From the NCBI RefSeq assembly GCF_009834535.1, contig NC_045696.1:30134001-30198000 (forward strand): DNA of 64,000 nt, given 5' to 3'. Below the pieces are notes generated by a model, which saw nothing but the letters and a program-made list of their open reading frames with translations, was not told the DNA's origin and made no database searches. Origin of the DNA: Camelus ferus (lineage: Eukaryota). Shown piece by piece: positions 51,961 to 64,000 of the stretch. Each line of letters starts with the position of its first letter. The first letter of the stretch is position 1. A program made the translations under genes and the position numbers.

Positions 51961-54809
51961 TGGATGATATTTTCTGCCCTAAGACCTTTCTTGGCCTGAG
52001 CATACCCCAAATATGCAAGGAATGGTCTTCTAAAATGAACATTTATATCCTTATATCTTGTCACATAGTTAAAAATTTTGGGGGGAAAAAGCAGCATTCA
52101 AACAAGCATACCAAACGTTATACTTCTTATAGGAAACATCTTTCAGTGTTGTGTAAACAAGAATAGAAACAGTCTGGCTGAAATGAAATCACGATGATGC
52201 CACTTTTAATTGGACTTGTTTGTCTCCTGATCTTGTTGTACAATTTATTATGTCTCTAGACTTATCTAGATTGTTATCACCTTTCTGAAGTCAAGCAAAA
52301 GACATTATATAAGAATTAAATAATTAGCACCAATCTCTGTAATTTCAGCAAGAATATACATCAAATAAATTATTTATTCATTAACTTTTTTCTATTTCTA
52401 GTTTATAGTTTCCTAGGCCTTGTATAAACACAAGTTAAAAAAAAAAAAAAAACACCAGGTTGCTGCCCCTAATGCTGTAATTAAAACTCCAACATGAAAA
52501 CCATCTGAAAAATACTATGTTATTTTTATTTTTAAATATAACAAATGATTTTAGCAAACATACTAGTTTCTAGCATTGACCTTTACCTGAGATTCTCTTT
52601 GTCTCCTGCAAAAAATAAATAAAATAAAAAATAAACCTTAATTTTAAAAAATAAGGGAGAAAACCTGAAAGAAAACATAACCACCCTCATTATGGGATGA
52701 TATCATGTTCCTTTAGCAAATAATTTACATGGGGAGCAATGACAATATACTTTCTCCTTTTTTTTCAAGAATGTCTTACATGAGAACTAAATTTATAGAA
52801 AGAACTGATTTACACATAACAATAGAGAATATCACTTCCCTTGTTGAAATGTAAGCTAGCCCTTCATCCTTGGCCAGATATTTTGATGTGATAATGCATT
52901 ATTTTCTAAAACCTACTGCCCAATAATGCCTGTCTCAGGAATTCATGAATCACCATTTCTTCATCTGAAGCACATGAGGGACAATCACCAGTGATAATTT
53001 AATATGATATTTAATATAAATGTGTCTTTAGGCCATCTATGGATGCTTACTGGTAGCAAAAAATAAAGACATCATTGCATTTTTGTAATTTTCCTCCAAT
53101 AATTTGATATTAATTTATGGTACAAGTGAGGATTTAGTTTTCCCACTGGTATTAATGTTCTATTTAATTAAGTCAAACTAAAGGGTAATCAGTTAATTCA
53201 TAACTATATTTTCCATGTCCAGCTCAAAATCTATTTGTGTAACTTCCCTAGCTGTTCTGTAAGATCTTGGTATAATCAAAGATTTTTCGACCAATTGCAG
53301 TATTGAGAGTTAGACAAAATATGTGCAAGGGGAGGCATAACTTAAATTGCTTTCACAACTCTCCCAATCATTTTCCTAAAAATCTATAGAGATATCAGCT
53401 TGGTATATTGAACCAAAGAGTAGAACTTTTATTTATGTTGTTTAAAACAGCTCAAAAATGGTGAATTTCCTTGGAAGTCACTCCAAACAGTCAGAGACAC
53501 TCATCATAAAAAATGGTTGCATGATTGATAAATCAATGCTTTTCAAACAAACTACGATATTACCATTCATTCTAATAACCAGAAATCTTACAGAATGGAA
53601 AGCATAAAAATATTACAACAGAGGTAGGGAAATAACTTACAAGTTAAAACTTGCAACAAACTACCTCTTTCAAAAAGAAGACAGCACATTTCTTACCATA
53701 GTACCTGGTTAGATAATGTAAACCTATAGATAGGGAGACAATGACTTTAGACAAAAGCAGTGGGTTGAAATTGGATATTTTTGTGTTGGATAATAACAGA
53801 ATTGGACTTTTTTGGTAAGAAAATGGCATTGTTAATAAAAGGAAGAAGAAACACTAGAGACACTTGAAACCTGTTGAAGATTTTCTAATTAAGCCCTAAA
53901 TTTAAATTCGTATTATGCAAATCTATAAGACATTTCAATAACTGTAGTATCTCTTTTGTAAAATTCTAAGACAATTTAAAGACAAAATGTCTTATGGAAA
54001 TACTAGGATAAAATGTGCTCGAATGTACCTGACAGCCATATTTTTAAATATCTAAATCTTGTAAAAAGACAATTATTATCCAGAATTTTTAGGGAAGATA
54101 ATGAAAGTTAAGGAAGAATAGGTTCTTTTTTTCCCCTAAAGTATATTTCCTTGTATTTTTTTTAACACTCTTTAATGTAATGAAGGGAGTTTTTTGCTTC
54201 TGCTTTACTCAAACTATTTCTGCAGTGCTTAATTTGTTCACATCCTTAGTACAATCATTTAAAGTAACAACATGAGCTAAATATGGTACCACTTTGCAAA
54301 CAGATAATGAAAACCAGAGAGGTTAAGCTATTTGTTTAAGGAAAACTAATTAGAATTAAGTAAGACACAAAATATTGAAACACTTTAATTTGAAGAATTT
54401 TGAAACAAGTATGTTGATCCTATTGCACCGTGGATGAAATGAAATTCAGTGAATATTTTTTCTTTTTGGATATGTTTTTTTACATCCAAATAAGAAATTT
54501 CTGTTTTCGTTTTTGTATTTTGTATTTTGTTTTTTGTTTTCTGAAAAATAAACCTTTCATACCTACAATTTGTTGTTTGGGATTTAGGAACAAATTATTA
54601 CTGTTTTCCATGCCTTTGAATGTAAAGTTCCAGAAAATTAAAACAACAAAATGTTAGTAGTTTCTTCCCATAATTCCCTTTTCCGGGAGGTTGAACACTT
54701 TTTTAATTATAGATATACAAAATTACATCAATACTTGCTTATTAAATTTTAGCAGTAATTCACAATGATTTAACGCAGCCTACCGTAGTATCTATGAAAG
54801 CATTTCTAG

Positions 54810-55550
54810 GTTGAAATATAAATAAAAATTTATAGAAGAGGAAATTCTTATCACCAATACATTTATGAAACAGTTTTTAACCTTGTAAGAAATCAAAGAA
54901 TTGCTAGTTAAAACATGAATGGGATACTTATTTCTTTTGTGAGATTAGCAAACAATTAGAATATGATAATATCAAATGTTGGCAGGGAAGTGAGTATTTG
55001 GAGGCAGGTTCTTTCGTCTGCTAGAGAAGCACTTAATGGACAATTGGCAACATTTATTAAAATTTTGCATTTGCATTCTCTATGACTCAGCAATTCTACT
55101 TCAATTCTTAGAATTGAGATTAGGAGAAATACTCCTATATTAGCATAAGAAGAAATCCTCCTATATTGAGACAAGAAGGAATCATAATAACATTTACCAC
55201 AGGATTGTTTGTAATACAGAAAAAAAGACAAATAAACATCAATATGATTAGATTAGAAACAATAAGTTGGAATTATGTACATTATTTGCTAAAATAATGC
55301 TATATGAAAAAGGAATATATTAGTTCTATAATTTTTCTTCTTCCCTCCTAAATAATGTATGTATTTCTCATGACTGCATGTGTGTGTGTGTGTAAGTAAC
55401 ATAGAAAATTATGGGGGATGCACAGAAATTAGTAGGCAGTAAGAAGACTGAGACTGCGATATTAAAAACAGTATTTGTGACTTCATTCTTATGTACAATA
55501 GTTTAATATTTTTTATAAAAAATTATTTGAGATTTGTATAATTAAAATCT
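54810..55550 (+). mobile_element. L1ME-like 3' end
   Basis: GGACAATTGGCAACATTTATTAAAATT...CTATGACTCAGCAATTCTACTTC. Confidence 0.7.
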
Positions 55551-55749
55551 TGTATAAAAATCAGCTTACATATAATAGTGTTGATAAAATTCATATAAAA
55601 TTATATTATATATAATTATATTTATATATATGTATATATATATATATAATCCCAGGCCTAATGTTCTTCATTTAATTTCCATTTAGCTTTGTGTCAACAT
55701 TGGGATATTTTCACCTCTAGATCATTTTTGACAAAATTATAATTCTTAC

Positions 55750-55961
55750 TTATGTCTTGAGACAGGTTACATCTCACTCTAAACCATATTTTAAAATCTA
55801 TCCAACAATGGTTTTTGAGAAACACTGCATTAACAATAGGCACTATAAAATGTTCTAAGTCATTTTGGTCCTGCACAATGCTCGGGTTCTTCTTGTTGGA
55901 TGATGATAACCTCTGGAGAATTCTGAGGTAGGTGAAGATTAGCTCTACCTGTCCAGTTTTA
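55750..55961 (-). other. Candidate exon (212 nt)
   Basis: tttcttttcattttgcttgtag|TAAAACTGG...GACATAA|gtaaga; open in one frame (part of ORF 55694-56005). Confidence 0.35.
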
Positions 55962-56120
55962 CTACAAGCAAAATGAAAAGAAACTTTTATGCCAGTTCCA
56001 ACCACATATACAGAAATTTATTAAGCAGACATTAACAAATAGACATAAAATATTTCATGCTACTTATTTTGTAAGTTCAGCGACACCCAGATGTCTGACC
56101 TTTTGATGCTTCAACCATAC

Positions 56121-56182
56121 CTTGAATGCGAGGTCCATATAGGGCAGACGTGTTAATATTCCAGAGATAAAATTCTATTTTC
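56121..56182 (-). other. Candidate exon (62 nt)
   Basis: Branch-like ttctaat, ttttgttatcaactaaaag|GAAAATAG...CGCATTCAAG|gtatgg; CpGs retained. Confidence 0.35.
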
Positions 56183-56516
56183 CTTTTAGTTGATAACAAA
56201 AATTAGAAATTTTTGAACTCAGTGGCTGGACACAAGACCATTTAATAATAAAGTTCTGTGAGAATTTTCTGCTCTGATTATACAAAGATGAAGAGTGATT
56301 CTTAATTATTTTAATCAATTTATATATCTTGAATACTTAATTTTACTGAGAAGCCATTGCTAATATTCATTATGCTGATTAACAAGCCATTAATTATGTT
56401 TCACCCATAGGAACATATTTCTAAGATTCATTCTGCTATTTGGAAAGGGCTTTTGATTGAGATATGAATAGTAGAAGTGCTTTTAGTAGTTATTCCCAAG
56501 TTTAAGTCTCCCAAGC

Positions 56517-57589
56517 TTTTTTTTTAACATTTTTTATGAGTTATAATCATTTTACAATGTTGTGTCAAATTCCAGTGTAGAGCACAATTTTTCAGTTATA
56601 CATGAACATATATATATTCATTGTCACAGTTTTTTCTCTGTGAGCTACCATAATATCTTGTATATATTTCCCTGTGCTATATAGTATGATCTTGTTTATC
56701 TATTCTACATTTTGAAATGCCAATTTGTCCCTTTCCACCCCCCCACCCCCTTGGCAACCACAAGTTTGTATTCTACGTCTATGAGTCTGTTTCTGATTTG
56801 TATTTATGTTTTTGTTTGTTTGTTTTTTAGATTCCACATATGAGCAATCTCATATGGTATTTTTCTTTCTATTTCTGGCTTACTTCACATAGAATGACAT
56901 TCTCCTGAAACATCCATGTTGCTGCAAATGGTGTTATGTAGTCAGTTTTTATGGCTGAATAGTATTCTATTGTATAAATATACCACCACTTCTTTATCCA
57001 GTCATCTGTTGATGGACATTTAGGCTGTTTCCATGTCTTGGCTATAGTAAAAAGTGCTGCTATGAACTCTTTACAGGTGTCATTTTGAAGTAGGGTTCCT
57101 TCTGGATATATGCCCAGGAGTGGAATTCCTGGGTCATATGGTAAGTCTATTCCTAGTCTTTTGAGGAATCTCCATACTGTTTTCCACAGTGGCTGCACCA
57201 AACTGCATTCCCACCAGCAATGTAGGAGGGTTCCCTTTTCTCCACAGCCTCTCCAGCATTTGTCATTTGTGGACTTTTGAATGATGGCCATTCTGACTGG
57301 TGTGAGTTGATACCTCATTGTAGTTTTGATCTGCATTTCTCTGATAATTAGTGATATTGAACATTTTTTCATGTGCCTATTGATCATTTGTATGTCTTCC
57401 TTGGAGAATTGCTCGTTTAGGTCTTCTGGCCATTTTTGGATTGGGTTGTTTGTGTTTTTCTTATCAAGTCATATGAGCTTCTTATATATTCTGGAGATCA
57501 AGCCTTTGTTTGTTTCATTTGCAAAAATTTTCTCCCATTCTGTAGGTTGTCTTTTTGTTTTACTTATGGTTTTCTTTGCTGTGCAGAAG
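56517..57589 (-). mobile_element. Young 5'-truncated L1 (camelid-type 3'UTR) with ORF2 C-terminus
   Basis: ORF 56869-57387 is the L1 ORF2p C-terminus ([19 protein letters not shown]...[18 protein letters not shown]...WKQPKCPS); poly(A) at 56517; imperfect TSD TAAGTCTCCCAAG (56503-56515) / TAGGTCTCCTAAG (57590-57602). Confidence 0.97.
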
Positions 57590-58050
57590 TAGGTCTCCTA
57601 AGTTCAATTGTAACTGAACACCCTTGGAGTTCAACTTCCTGATTAAGGCAACTGACTAAGCCTAGGTGTAGTATAATAAGTACTAACAATGAATATACTC
57701 AGGTTTATCAAAAATACATACTATATACTGACTAAAATTTATATGGCTATGGAAGGCTTGTGATTAATCACTGTGCTATGGAGCTCTGATTGAGAACCAG
57801 TGCATCACAGAATTTGTTAAACCCCCCAATTTTTTGGCTCAAAAGTGTTTTGGTAATTTCACAGGAAACTTTTTTTTACCGTATAAATATAGGTTTTATT
57901 ACTTATGGATGAAATCCTACACATACAACTGGCATCTCTGTGTGATGGGGAGAATCCGTGGCAGGGTGGAGAAGGTGTGTGTATAGGAATAAGAGGGGAA
58001 AAGAGCCCTGGAAGGAAGGGGGAATCATAAGTAGAATATCCTTCCATTAC

Positions 58051-58546
58051 TGTAACAGTCAAGACTCTTGGTTACAAGAACATAATCCAATTCAAACTAA
58101 ATTAAGAGTTCACAAACTAAAGTTCAGAAAAATGATGGGATCTGGGATTGGTTTAATCTTGGCGCCATCTCCATCATTTGGTGAGTTTCCAAGATTCTAC
58201 CCTCTCCCTATATCAGTTCATCCTCAGCCTGACATCCATTTAATACCAATTTGGCTGTAGTACATCTTTCCAATATATCTTCCTGATTGGAGAGAGTTTA
58301 TAGGACAGAACTGTGAGCAGAGTTTCTATACTTCACTTTGACTGGACCAACTTCTCACAGTGTCATCGCTGAAGCAAATACTGTGACCAGGGGATGGATT
58401 CTGATGATTGGTATAGTCAAGGATTCATGCTTACTTTCCTAGATGGGATTTTGGTTAACCTCCCTAAAAATAGCACTTAGAAACTGGGGACAATAGAGGA
58501 AGCAGTGACAATGAGTACTTAGGAGGAAACACACATGTATCCAATG
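58051..58546 (-). mobile_element. MLT1K/L-like MaLR LTR
   Basis: TGTAACAGTCAAGACTCTTGGTTACAAG...CCAATTCAAACTA...ACTGTGACCAGGGGATGG...TGATTGG. Confidence 0.7.
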
Positions 58547-59852
58547 CCATTATTAATCTTCTGCTGTCTCCCTCTGAGAATATTATGGTAAGCCCTCTAA
58601 TTTTAAATAGTTTGAAGACAAAATGGGATAAATAATAAATTAATGATTAAATAACCATTAAAATATTAAATTGTTCATACTCCTCCACATTGGACTTATG
58701 GATGTCATATAATAAAAACAACCACTCTCTAAATATTAGTATAATACACAACTATCATAAAAGCACCATATAGATAAGTCTTCTGAATCTTGTTTTTGGT
58801 CATTCTTCTTAGGCTAAACTGCTAATAGCTGTATGATGTTCTTAAGTACATAGGCATTAGTCAAAATATCAAAAACACCACATGGAAAGAGCAGAGGGAA
58901 AACACTCATTTTTTTTTTCTCCAGAATACCATTTCCAAATTAAGGTAGAGGCAGTTTAGGAAAGAGAATTCATTTCTACCAGTCTCCGAATTCCTACTAT
59001 TTCCCATACCAATTTCAGCTTAAAAAAAATACTTGGGTGAGGAAATGGGATTGGGTCATTTTAGTGTTCTTTGACCTGGTCACACAACTTTACTTTTATT
59101 ATGCAATTAATGCCTCTTTCCTCTCAAAACAAAAATTCTCATTTTTTCCAAGTTATTCAAGTAGAATACATTTGTAATATGTCCATTTATTTGATTTAAA
59201 TAATTTATGCCCAGCTAGGCATAAACTCTTATGTTGAACTCCCCTTGCCTCTAGTAATGCAGAAAAGAACAGAAGCTAATAATAATAGGTATAGTCACAT
59301 TTAATTACTAGAATTAATGTAAAGACTTGGTAATTACTTTCTATAAAGCTTTTTTTTTTTTTAATTCAATGAAAACAGGCCAGAAAAGCAGCTAATTTCA
59401 GAAATCCTGTGGCTGCTTGCCGAGGGTTTAAGCAACTGATGACAGTCAGGGTCATTGGCTCTCTGAAAATCCAAGGGTGCCTGCTAGGTTGTAGGTTTCA
59501 GTAACACCATTGGGAACTTTCAATTTAACCTCATACTTAAAATGGCCAGTGGGAGTTTTCAATAAAGTCGATCAATGTTGAAAGCAAAGTGCTATTAAAA
59601 ACATGGGTAAACATTGATTTTAGGCTTCTGGACCATTCAGAAAGTCTTCTTGGGGAGCTATCTACCACCTCATTCCTACAGTAAGAGGTGACGGCTATGG
59701 TAACACATAAAGCCACATGCAATAGTTGTCACATTACTTTTTGGCCTGTGCTCTTGAATGATTGCATTTCTTAAATTAGGTAGAATTTTTTTTGTAATTG
59801 TCTTAGGCTGAGGAAACTCTTCAGGCTTTGAGGACTCATGCTACATGCATAC

Positions 59853-59964
59853 CTAATTTTCAATATGGCTGTAATTTTTGGCTGTGCGACAGGCAACAAA
59901 TCTTGTATTTTGAGTGTTTCCATTGGTGTCACTTCTGAATCCATCATCATTCAACTTATGTCTC
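59853..59964 (-). other. Candidate ATG-containing exon
   Basis: tgtatttcag|GAGACATAAGTTGA ATGATGATG...AAAATTAG|gtatgc; encodes MMMDSEVTPMETLKIQDLLPVAQPKITAILKI with a phase-2 end. Confidence 0.3.
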
Positions 59965-60659
59965 CTGAAATACATTTTGCTGATCTGGACATAAATGGGC
60001 TGTGAATTGTAGCTGTAGATGGCTCAGAAACATACTTTACAGTGAGCAAACTTTGGATGACAGAAAGAAAATTGACAGAAATACTACAAGAAGAAGTTGT
60101 ATATCATTTCCACCACTGAGGGGATAAACTAAAATCAAAGCAGTAAGAACAGTAAGAACCTGCTCCCCAACAAAAATTTGTCACATCCATCTGATGAATT
60201 AAGAGGAGTTTGGCCATTTCAAGCAAAAATATAAGACTTTCCCATTCTCCCTGATGTAGAAGACTTTTCTGCTTGGTTATTGGGCTCACAGGAGATGGGA
60301 GGCTGTGTGCTCTTAGAAGTGACTCACTGTGGAGAAGGTCAGTGTGTGAAATGGAGCCAGAGTCCTTGAAGGTAACCAGGAATGTACTGAGTAAACTGAT
60401 GTGAATGCCAAGTCCAGAGGGACAGAGCTAGGAGATAAACAAGAAGCAGCATTCTAGTTGGGAACCATATTGCAGCTGAGGCAGATTGTGAAGTGAAGAG
60501 AGATGAGACCAAGTGTTACGGAGACATATTTAGGTGCAGTATATTAATGACAGTTGTTTAGAAAACCATGAACTTCTCTAAATATTACTAAAAGCTATTT
60601 ACAACAATAAGTTTAGAATGTTTATAAATAATCATTATAAAATTTCTTATCAGTGAACT

Positions 60660-61600
60660 ACAGATACCAATTGGGATCGATCTCTCTCTCTTTTTTTTTT
60701 TTTTTCTTGCTGTTGATCTAGATTCTCTTTTGATTTTCTGTTATTTCATGAGGCTGTGTCCAGATTTAAGTCTTTTACTATACTCGCTAGCAACTTGGTG
60801 GTCCTGTTCCATTTGGAAGATTCTGTCAATATTTGGGGGGATAATTTTCTCATTTCAGTTTTTTCTTTTCATTCGTTTTGTTAGGTGAATGTTTTCTTCC
60901 CTGACTGATGCTCTGTTTCTTTGACTTTTTTTTTTTTCACACTCTTTTCCTCTTTGTCATTACTCCATCAGGACTGTATTTACTTATTCAAATTGTAAGT
61001 TATAGTTTCAAAATTTGCAAATTTCTTTTGCATTCTCTAGAATTTTTTTTACAGCAAATTTTTCTTGTTTATATTTTAAGGCCTCCATAACTTATCAAAC
61101 AATTCTGGGGATACAAATTTAAAATATATGAACACCTCTCCAGTTTTCTCCTTGTTATGAAGTGTTATTTTCTCAAGGATCCAGTGACCTTGGCTTTCTG
61201 TTAATATTGAAGAACAAATAGTTAGTATGGATCACAGCTGCTTCTATTTGGATTATTTTCTCAGTATATGCCTTGCTCCTCAATCTGTCAGAAATACTTT
61301 AATCATGTTTGCATGTTGATCAATACATGTGGGTGTCTTGGGATCCCTCTGTCATTATGTAATAAGGCTTAGTTTCTCAAAAGGCCTGTTTCCTTGATTA
61401 TTAGTCTGACTGGCAGTTGAAGCTATCAGGGAGAGTTGTGGGGCTTGTAGGCAAGCTTTGGCAACCCACATGGAAACCAGAAATGGACATGCTGTTGCTC
61501 CCACCCCTCCCCGGCAAATCCCAAATGAAATGAAATAACTCTGAAGTCCTAACTTCATCTTAGAAAAACTTCATTTTTTTTTCCTTAAGCCATTCCAATT
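60660..61600 (-). mobile_element. Old L1/HAL1-like ORF1/5' remnant
   Basis: T-rich decayed LINE text (GTGGTCCTGTTCCATTTGGAAGATT...). Confidence 0.5.
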
Positions 61601-62116
61601 CTATAGACTGAGCTCTAGCATTTTCCTTGAGAAAAATACCAAGTGCTAAAGCCATGTATAAGATGAATTGGGGATGGAGGGTTGAGTCAGGCCAAATGAT
61701 TGAGCAAATCTTACTGCAGATAGCGTTTCAATGAATTAACCCATTTTCTGTCCAAATACTCACTCTTACTATCGAAACTTCCCTGTCCCAAAGTCATGGG
61801 CCTTTAAAAATTGACCTCCCACCTCTCCTCTTGCCATCTTATGGTTTTGTGCAAGATTGCAGCTTCTTCTATTCTGGCTAATATCTCAATAGGTATGTCT
61901 TGATTTTCAACCTGTCAGAAATATTTTTAGTTGTATTTGTGTGTTGATGACCCATCCCTGCTGAGAAAACTATACCCTTCTCTATTACAGATTTTAACAC
62001 TTTGTACTTTACTGCAATAAGATTTAGGGGGAACTAGATGCAGATAAGGTCACTCCTTCTTCTAACTTGAGCTTGAACTAAAACTTCCTAACATGATTTT
62101 TTTAAAACTCAAAGAA

Positions 62117-62580
62117 AGTGTTAGTTTCCTGTTATTGTTGTAACAGATTACCACTAACTTGGTGGCTTACAACACCACAAATATTATCTCATATTTTAGA
62201 GTTCAGAAGTCTGAGAATGGGTCTTATGGGGCTAAAAGCAAAGTCTTAGCACCACTAAGTTCTTTCTGGAATTACTAGGGAAGAATCTATTCCCTGCCTT
62301 TTCATGCCCCTAGAGGCTGCTCACATTCCTTGGCTAATGGCCTCATCACTCATAGATCTGCTTACTTGTTACATCTTCTCTCTCCTCCTTCTTTCCCTTA
62401 TAAGGACCCTTGTGATTACATTGGGCCCACATGAATAATCCACGATTTTCTTCCTATCTCAGGATTCTTAAATCTTAATCACATATGCAGGGTCCCTTTT
62501 GCCATATAAGGTGCCATATTCATAAGTTCCAGGGATTAGGATATGGACATCTTTGAGGGGCCATTATTCTGCCTACCATG
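62117..62580 (-). mobile_element. MLT1C/D-like MaLR solo LTR
   Basis: TTAGTTTCCTG...GTAACAGATTACCAC...AAGGACCCTTGTGATTACATTGGGCCCAC...GGATTAGGATATGGACATCTTTGAGGGGCCATTATTCTGCCTACCA. Confidence 0.9.
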
Positions 62581-63701
62581 AATATGTACACGATTTTACA
62601 TCTTCAGTCAACAATCTGGCAAATCATAACTAATTGCTACAGAGGTATTCCATCAATTACATACCATAATTTATTTAACCAGCATATCTGCTGGCATGTC
62701 TTCTACCTAACTGGGGAGACAGATGTAAATGGAAATTATTTCAAATAAAAGCTGAAGCTAGGGGAAAAGTTGAGAAAAGCCAAGGCTGAGCCATAGCTAC
62801 TTAATTTTGACCATTTCCAGTGGTTTCTGTGAGTTTTATTGATCTTTTTGGCCAACTGAACTTCTACAACTTTAGACATGAATTACTATCCCAACAAGAT
62901 TATATATATATAAAATCAGTAAAGAATCTGTAAAGTTACCTAGTGTAATCCCTCATTTTAGAGAAGAGGAAAGAGTTCTAAGGGATTCCAGAGCTCCTAC
63001 AATGTGTCAAAGTAGAGATAAAACCTAAATTCTCTGGCCAATGTGCATTTTATAACAGAATGTGTCAGTTATTTTTAATGTTCATTCTTATGATTAACAA
63101 CAATTCCACAAGATTATACATACAAAGTCTTCCTTTTTAAACAACTATGGTAATCAAAGTCTCTTATGATTCTTGGATATTTGTGATGAGTTTCATTAAA
63201 TTCTTAGATGAGATTGTGTAGCAGTAACAAAGTGGTTAAAGACAAGTATTTGTGACAAGAAAACTGATAGAATTTAGACATATTCTGCAAACCACTTAAC
63301 TCTAAAAATTATGAACATAATGTAAATTTAGTTATTAGTACCTTCCTGAAACTGAAATTTTAGGACTTACAGAATTAGGAGGGAAATGTTGATACCTCCA
63401 AACTTGTAGTCTTTGCCATCCCTGAAATAATTTTGTCTAGACAAGTGAGAAAGGAGTGAGGGAGTCAGCTAAGAGAACTCTCACAGACTACTTAAGGGCC
63501 AGAGTGGAACCTGGTGTTTCCCTTATTTTCTTACATTACTGAGCCCAGTTTTGTGTTTGCTGGAGCTCAGTTGGCACTTGCTGTTAGATTAGTTGAATTC
63601 TAAGTTGCAGCCAAAACAACAACAACAAAAAAAAATCATTGAGAAGATGAGCATGGGGATGTCCATCTCAGGGTCCAGGGTTAGTTTCTTACAGGATTCA
63701 A

Positions 63702-63709
63702 TGACGTCA
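63702..63709. promoter_or_regulatory. Full palindromic CRE (TGACGTCA)
   Basis: Exact consensus with an intact CpG in non-repeat sequence; function not shown. Confidence 0.4.
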
Positions 63710-64000
63710 GAGCCGTTTATCTCTGTGATGACTCCTGAAAATAGCCTCTCTGCAACATGAAAAGCCTTCAGTTACTGGGACTTTAGTTTGAGCAGTTTTC
63801 TACTTGACAATATAGAGAAGGCAGAATGACTATCCTCTGAAGTTCTTGAAGGCAAAATACGCCTTATAGACACTGACTGTTGATGCAGAAAAACATCTCA
63901 TGTATATATTGATTTATAATGAAAAAAAGATCTTGTCATCACAAATAGATTGTTTATAGAAACCATGTTTAAAAAACAGAACTTCAGATTCTAGTCAAGA

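Noticed and set aside
57326..57642. Plus-strand ORFs of 88 and 68 aa
   Set aside because: Antisense to L1 ORF2; a known by-product of L1 sequence.
59350..59713. Poly(T) run suggesting a minus-strand processed pseudogene
   Set aside because: Only a 7-bp possible TSD (ATAAAGC), no L1 endonuclease site and no recognisable parent mRNA.
1..64000. CRISPR arrays, prokaryotic operons or defence systems, tRNA/rRNA genes, CpG island
   Set aside because: The sequence is mammalian repeat-rich DNA; no regularly spaced repeats, structural RNA signatures or CpG-dense island were seen.

Overview
AT-rich, CpG-poor mammalian genomic DNA. A camelid origin is likely, because the youngest L1 copies carry camelid-type 3' UTRs and no Alu, B1/B2, Bov-tA or CHR-type SINEs were seen; this is recognition from memory, not a database result. 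Much of the window is interspersed repeat: L1 (one young 5'-truncated copy with an intact ORF2 C-terminus plus several old L1M fragments), L2, MIR, an L3/CR1 relic, MaLR/ERVL solo LTRs, a MER82 Tigger, hAT MITEs and microsatellites. Most ORF-track entries are chance ORFs or repeat-derived, and no known protein-coding gene was recognised. The most notable non-repeat signal is a set of small minus-strand candidate exons between ~60 kb and ~13 kb. They end in a purine-rich candidate terminal exon with an AATAAA, and a full CRE palindrome at 63.7 kb lies upstream. This may be an unannotated spliced gene, lncRNA or decayed gene, but it is unproven. Repeat family names and boundaries are approximate and assigned by eye.
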